Source: Candidatus Methanomethylophilaceae archaeon (lineage in GTDB: Archaea > Thermoplasmatota > Thermoplasmata > Methanomassiliicoccales > Methanomethylophilaceae). Taken from it: 64,000 nt of DNA. Below are positions 61,034-64,000 of this stretch, piece after piece. The notes under the pieces were generated by a model, which worked only from the letters and a program-made list of their open reading frames with translations, had not been told where the DNA came from and made no database searches. The position numbers and the translations under genes are program-made. The stretch is taken from positions 32,001 through 96,000 of the forward strand of contig CALUHR010000013.1 in assembly GCA_944320495.1 (NCBI GenBank). Direction: 5' to 3'. Positions within the stretch are counted from its first letter, which is position 1, and each line of letters begins with the position of its first letter.

Positions 61034-61819
61034 TCATCTCCCGAAGCGCCTGACGCGCTGCTGATAGGTGCGTATGGCCCTCAGCAGGTCTATGTGCCTG
61101 AATCCCGGCCAGTACACGTCCGTGAAGTATAGTTCGGAATAGGCGAGCTGCCAGAGCAGGAAGTTGGACACCCTGACCTCCCCGGACGTGCGGAGCACCA
61201 GGTCCGGGTCGGGCATCCCCGTGGTGGAGATGTACCCAGACACCGTGTCCTCGTCTATCTCGTCGACGGATATCTTCCCATCGACGGCGTCCTGGGCTAT
61301 CGCGCGGACGGCGTTGGCGATGTCCTGCCTCCCGCCGTAGGCGATGGCCATGTTGAGGAACCTCTCGTTGTATCCAGAGGTGCGCTCGTAGGCGTAGTCC
61401 ATCGCCTTGCGGACCTTCTCCGGAAGGAGATCCGTCTGGCCTATGACGCGGATGCCCACCATGTTGGCGTGCACGTCCTCGTCGTCGGCGAACTCGTACA
61501 GCGACTGCTCCAGCAGGTCCATGAGGTACTCGACCTCGTCCGAGTCCCGCTTGAAGTTCTCCATGGAGAACGCGTAGACGGTGAGGACCTTGATGTCCAG
61601 GTCCATGCACCAGTGGAGGACCTCCTCCAGCTTCTTACGGCCCAGCCTGTGGCCCTCGAGCGGCGGGCTGCCCAGCACCTCCTCGGCGTAGCGCCGGTTG
61701 CCGTCCATTATGATGGCTATGTGCTGGGGCATCTCCCCCGCACGCACCTCCTTCTCGAGCTGCGCGTCGTAGGTGGCATACGCCCTGTCTGTTAATATCC
61801 CCTTGAGGTCCATGCTCAT
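61034..61819 (-). CDS. uppS: cis-prenyltransferase (undecaprenyl diphosphate synthase family)
   Basis: HIAIIMDGNRR, YAFSMENF.R, YGGR, RTSGE.R.SNFLLWQ. Confidence 0.96.
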   Translation of the reverse strand: MSMDLKGILTDRAYATYDAQLEKEVRAGEMPQHIAIIMDGNRRYAEEVLGSPPLEGHRLGRKKLEEVLHWCMDLDIKVLTVYAFSMENFKRDSDEVEYLMDLLEQSLYEFADDEDVHANMVGIRVIGQTDLLPEKVRKAMDYAYERTSGYNERFLNMAIAYGGRQDIANAVRAIAQDAVDGKISVDEIDEDTVSGYISTTGMPDPDLVLRTSGEVRVSNFLLWQLAYSELYFTDVYWPGFRHIDLLRAIRTYQQRVRRFGR

Positions 61820-62763
61820 TCGAAGTCCTCGGGGATCCCCGCGGCCCTCTCGCCGATGTCGAAGCATCCTATGGCAGCGACGGCGCCGATGACGCCCTTG
61901 GTCCCGGTGACGCTGATGATCTGGACCCCGCACTCCTCGGCGACGCGGACGGCATCGTCCGTCGTGTACAGGACGGATTTGCAGGACCAGCCGTACTCCC
62001 TGAGGCGCTCCGGGATCTCCAGACCCTGGAACACTGTCAGGACCGCGTCCTCGGAGTAGCTCTCCTTGCGGACGAAGTCCACGGCGTACTCGATGAGCGC
62101 CGGGATCTCCTCCTCGCGCACGGCGAAGGAGACGGCGGTGGAGCAGCAGTTGGTGGTCTTGTTGGGGACCTTCGGGTTGAGCTGGATGATCTTGTGCTCC
62201 AGGAACCTCCCCACGGGGCAGGTGGTCCCGAGCTTGAGGGACACCACCCACGAGGCGCCGGCCTCCTTGGTGTCGGTGTCGTCGATGCCGATGATCACCC
62301 TGACCATCTTGGGCGTGATGATGTCCACGTGGGCGCGGTGCGCCCCTCCGATGGTGAAGTCGTCCGGATACTCGGTGCGGATCACATCGGGGCACTGCGG
62401 TATGCACGCGCCGATGCCGACGGAGGCGCCGGCTATGCCGTACCAGGTGGTGCGGACCTCGTCCCCCTCCACCTTCAGGGCGCTGAGCCCCTGGCCGCCC
62501 ACGTCGGAGGACACTGGGCCGAAGCTCAGCTCGCTCTCCCCGATGCGGGCGTTCATCACGAGCATGTCCGACTCCTGGCGGATATCCTCTATGACGCCCT
62601 TGGTGCGGCGCCTATTGACCAGGTCCCACTCGCCGGGGCCCTTGGAGGCGCATTTCTCGACGATCATGGCCTTGCCGGCCTTCTCGTCCACCAGGGTGTA
62701 GAACCCCCTGCAGAACAGAGGCCCGTACTTCGCGCGGACCTCGTCCGGTCTCAGCACGTACAT
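61816..62763 (-). CDS. Methanogenesis marker protein 11-like (DUF1743/TiaS-related)
   Basis: GPGEW...R, WYG.AGASVG...C, IGIDDTD, K.IQL.P.VP.KTTNC, G.IGA.AA.G. Confidence 0.75.
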   Translation of the reverse strand: MYVLRPDEVRAKYGPLFCRGFYTLVDEKAGKAMIVEKCASKGPGEWDLVNRRRTKGVIEDIRQESDMLVMNARIGESELSFGPVSSDVGGQGLSALKVEGDEVRTTWYGIAGASVGIGACIPQCPDVIRTEYPDDFTIGGAHRAHVDIITPKMVRVIIGIDDTDTKEAGASWVVSLKLGTTCPVGRFLEHKIIQLNPKVPNKTTNCCSTAVSFAVREEEIPALIEYAVDFVRKESYSEDAVLTVFQGLEIPERLREYGWSCKSVLYTTDDAVRVAEECGVQIISVTGTKGVIGAVAAIGCFDIGERAAGIPEDFE

Positions 62764-63440
62764 CGCTCGACCTCCTCGTCGTCATCGTCGACCGGACCGG
62801 TGTCCCAGTCCTCCGGGTCGGCGATGTCGATGGCGTCCGACGGGACGTGCTTGCAGAGGAACACAGTCCTGGCGGCCCTGCCGATGTCGGCGCCCATCTC
62901 GATGCAGACGCCGGTGTCTATGACCAGGATCTCGGGTTCGTCCATCCTGACGGACCCTGCGCGGACGGCGTCGCGGAACGACAGGGACAGATGGACCATG
63001 TTGCGGTCCGTCGGCGATATGCCGTCGCGGAGGATGTCCTCGGTCTCCTCGGGGGAGACGGGGTAGAACAGCTCCGGGGGTATGTCCTCGTTGTCCAGCT
63101 TGAGGTCCAGCGGGATGGTGTGGCCGTACGTGGCGCGGACCTTGCCGCCGGCGATGGAGTAGCGGCCCTTCGGGTCGGTCTCCACCAGGGCCTCGATGTG
63201 CCTCGGCCTCAGCCAGTTCATGTAGGTGTGGCGCCCCCTGATCAGGGCGACCACCTGCTGCATGGGCACCCAGCCCTGATCGTCCATGTCCGGCTCGAAC
63301 TTGCCGTGCCTAAGGATGGCGGCAAGCGTGCGTCCGATCCTCTCGACCTCCTTGTCAGAAAGGATGAACTTGCCCTCCTCCCCGCAGTGGGGACATCTCT
63401 CGTCACGGAAGTAGCCGTGTTCCTCGCATTCCCTTATCAT
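62763..63440 (-). CDS. kptA: RNA 2'-phosphotransferase Tpt1/KptA with N-terminal zinc ribbon (ends at CGA)
   Basis: C..HG.FR...CP.CG, ILRH, D.KGRY, RATYGH, HLS; CGA 62765-62763 overlaps the next ATG. Confidence 0.9.
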
Positions 63441-64000
63441 CTTGATACCCCCGCTGCCTTCTCGGCCGCGCGGACGGCGTTGGCCATCAGCATGCAGATC
63501 GTCATCGGTCCGACCCCTCCCGGGACCGGCGTGATAGCCGATGCGACCTCCTTCACGGCATCGAAGTCCACGTCCCCGACGAGCCTGCTGCCCTTGGGGT
63601 GCGTCGGATCATCGACCCTGTTGGTGCCGACGTCGATCACGACCGCTCCCGGTCTGACCATGTCGGCCGTTATGAAGCGCGGCTTCCCGATCGCCACGAC
63701 CAGGATGTCCGCGGTGCGCGTGATCTCGGCGAGGTTGGCCGTCCTGGAGTGGACGACGGTGACCGTGGAATCCGCCCCAGGGCCCTTCTGGACCATCAGC
63801 GCGGCCATGGGCTTGCCCACGATGTTGCTCCTCCCGACGACCACCACGTGTTTGCCGGCGATCTCGACCCCGGAACGGACCAGCATCTGCTGGACGCCGG
63901 CGGGGGTGGCCGGCATGAAGTCCGGGTCCCCGATGAGGAGCTTCCCCACGTTGGACGGATGGAAGCAGTCCACGTCCTTCTCGGGGGATATCGAGGCGAT
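63437..64000 (-). CDS. folD: Methylene-THF dehydrogenase/cyclohydrolase, C-terminal part (5' end outside window)
   Basis: [39 protein letters not shown]. Confidence 0.96.
   Translation of the reverse strand: MASISPEKDVDCFHPSNVGKLLIGDPDFMPATPAGVQQMLVRSGVEIAGKHVVVVGRSNIVGKPMAALMVQKGPGADSTVTVVHSRTANLAEITRTADILVVAIGKPRFITADMVRPGAVVIDVGTNRVDDPTHPKGSRLVGDVDFDAVKEVASAITPVPGGVGPMTICMLMANAVRAAEKAAGVSR

Noticed and set aside
8154-62765. CGA ends explained as independent nonstop mutations or random sequencing errors
   Set aside because: Twenty-one changes, all giving CGA and none giving another sense neighbour of TGA, with no frameshift or nonsense damage in core genes, are hard to explain as random. 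Not formally excluded without raw reads.
1-64000. In-frame TAG (pyrrolysine) or TGA (selenocysteine) readthrough genes; CRISPR arrays; rRNA
   Set aside because: No recognisable gene is interrupted by TAG or TGA, and I saw no regularly spaced repeat array or rRNA sequence.

Overview
High-GC archaeal chromosomal window, most likely from a Methanomassiliicoccales (Methanomethylophilaceae-type) methanogen. That placement rests on hdrA, an fpoABCDHIJJKLMN-like operon with no fpoF/fpoO, a methanogenesis marker 11-like gene and an intron-containing tRNA-Tyr. About 75 genes are present: the proteasome/exosome superoperon, translation and ribosome-biogenesis clusters, polB, tyrS, lipid synthesis genes (GGPP synthase, geranylgeranyl reductase, uppS), copZ-copA, transporters, a HRDC-DUF4011-helicase-REase protein and a membrane PP2C/SpoIIE phosphatase. 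The main result is that 21 of about 74 genes whose 3' ends lie in the window (hand count) have an in-frame CGA where the protein should end. In many of them the standard-code ORF runs on for tens to hundreds of codons into neighbouring genes. I found no in-frame CGA inside the confidently identified coding bodies I read through. CGA sits in the same positions as TGA: CGATG stop-start overlaps and back-to-back CGATCG/CGATCA ends of convergent genes. The simplest reading is that CGA acts as a stop signal in this organism, either through a non-standard genetic code or through C-to-U editing of CGA to UGA. Gene ends below are given at the CGA where this applies. All product calls come from motif recognition, not database searches.
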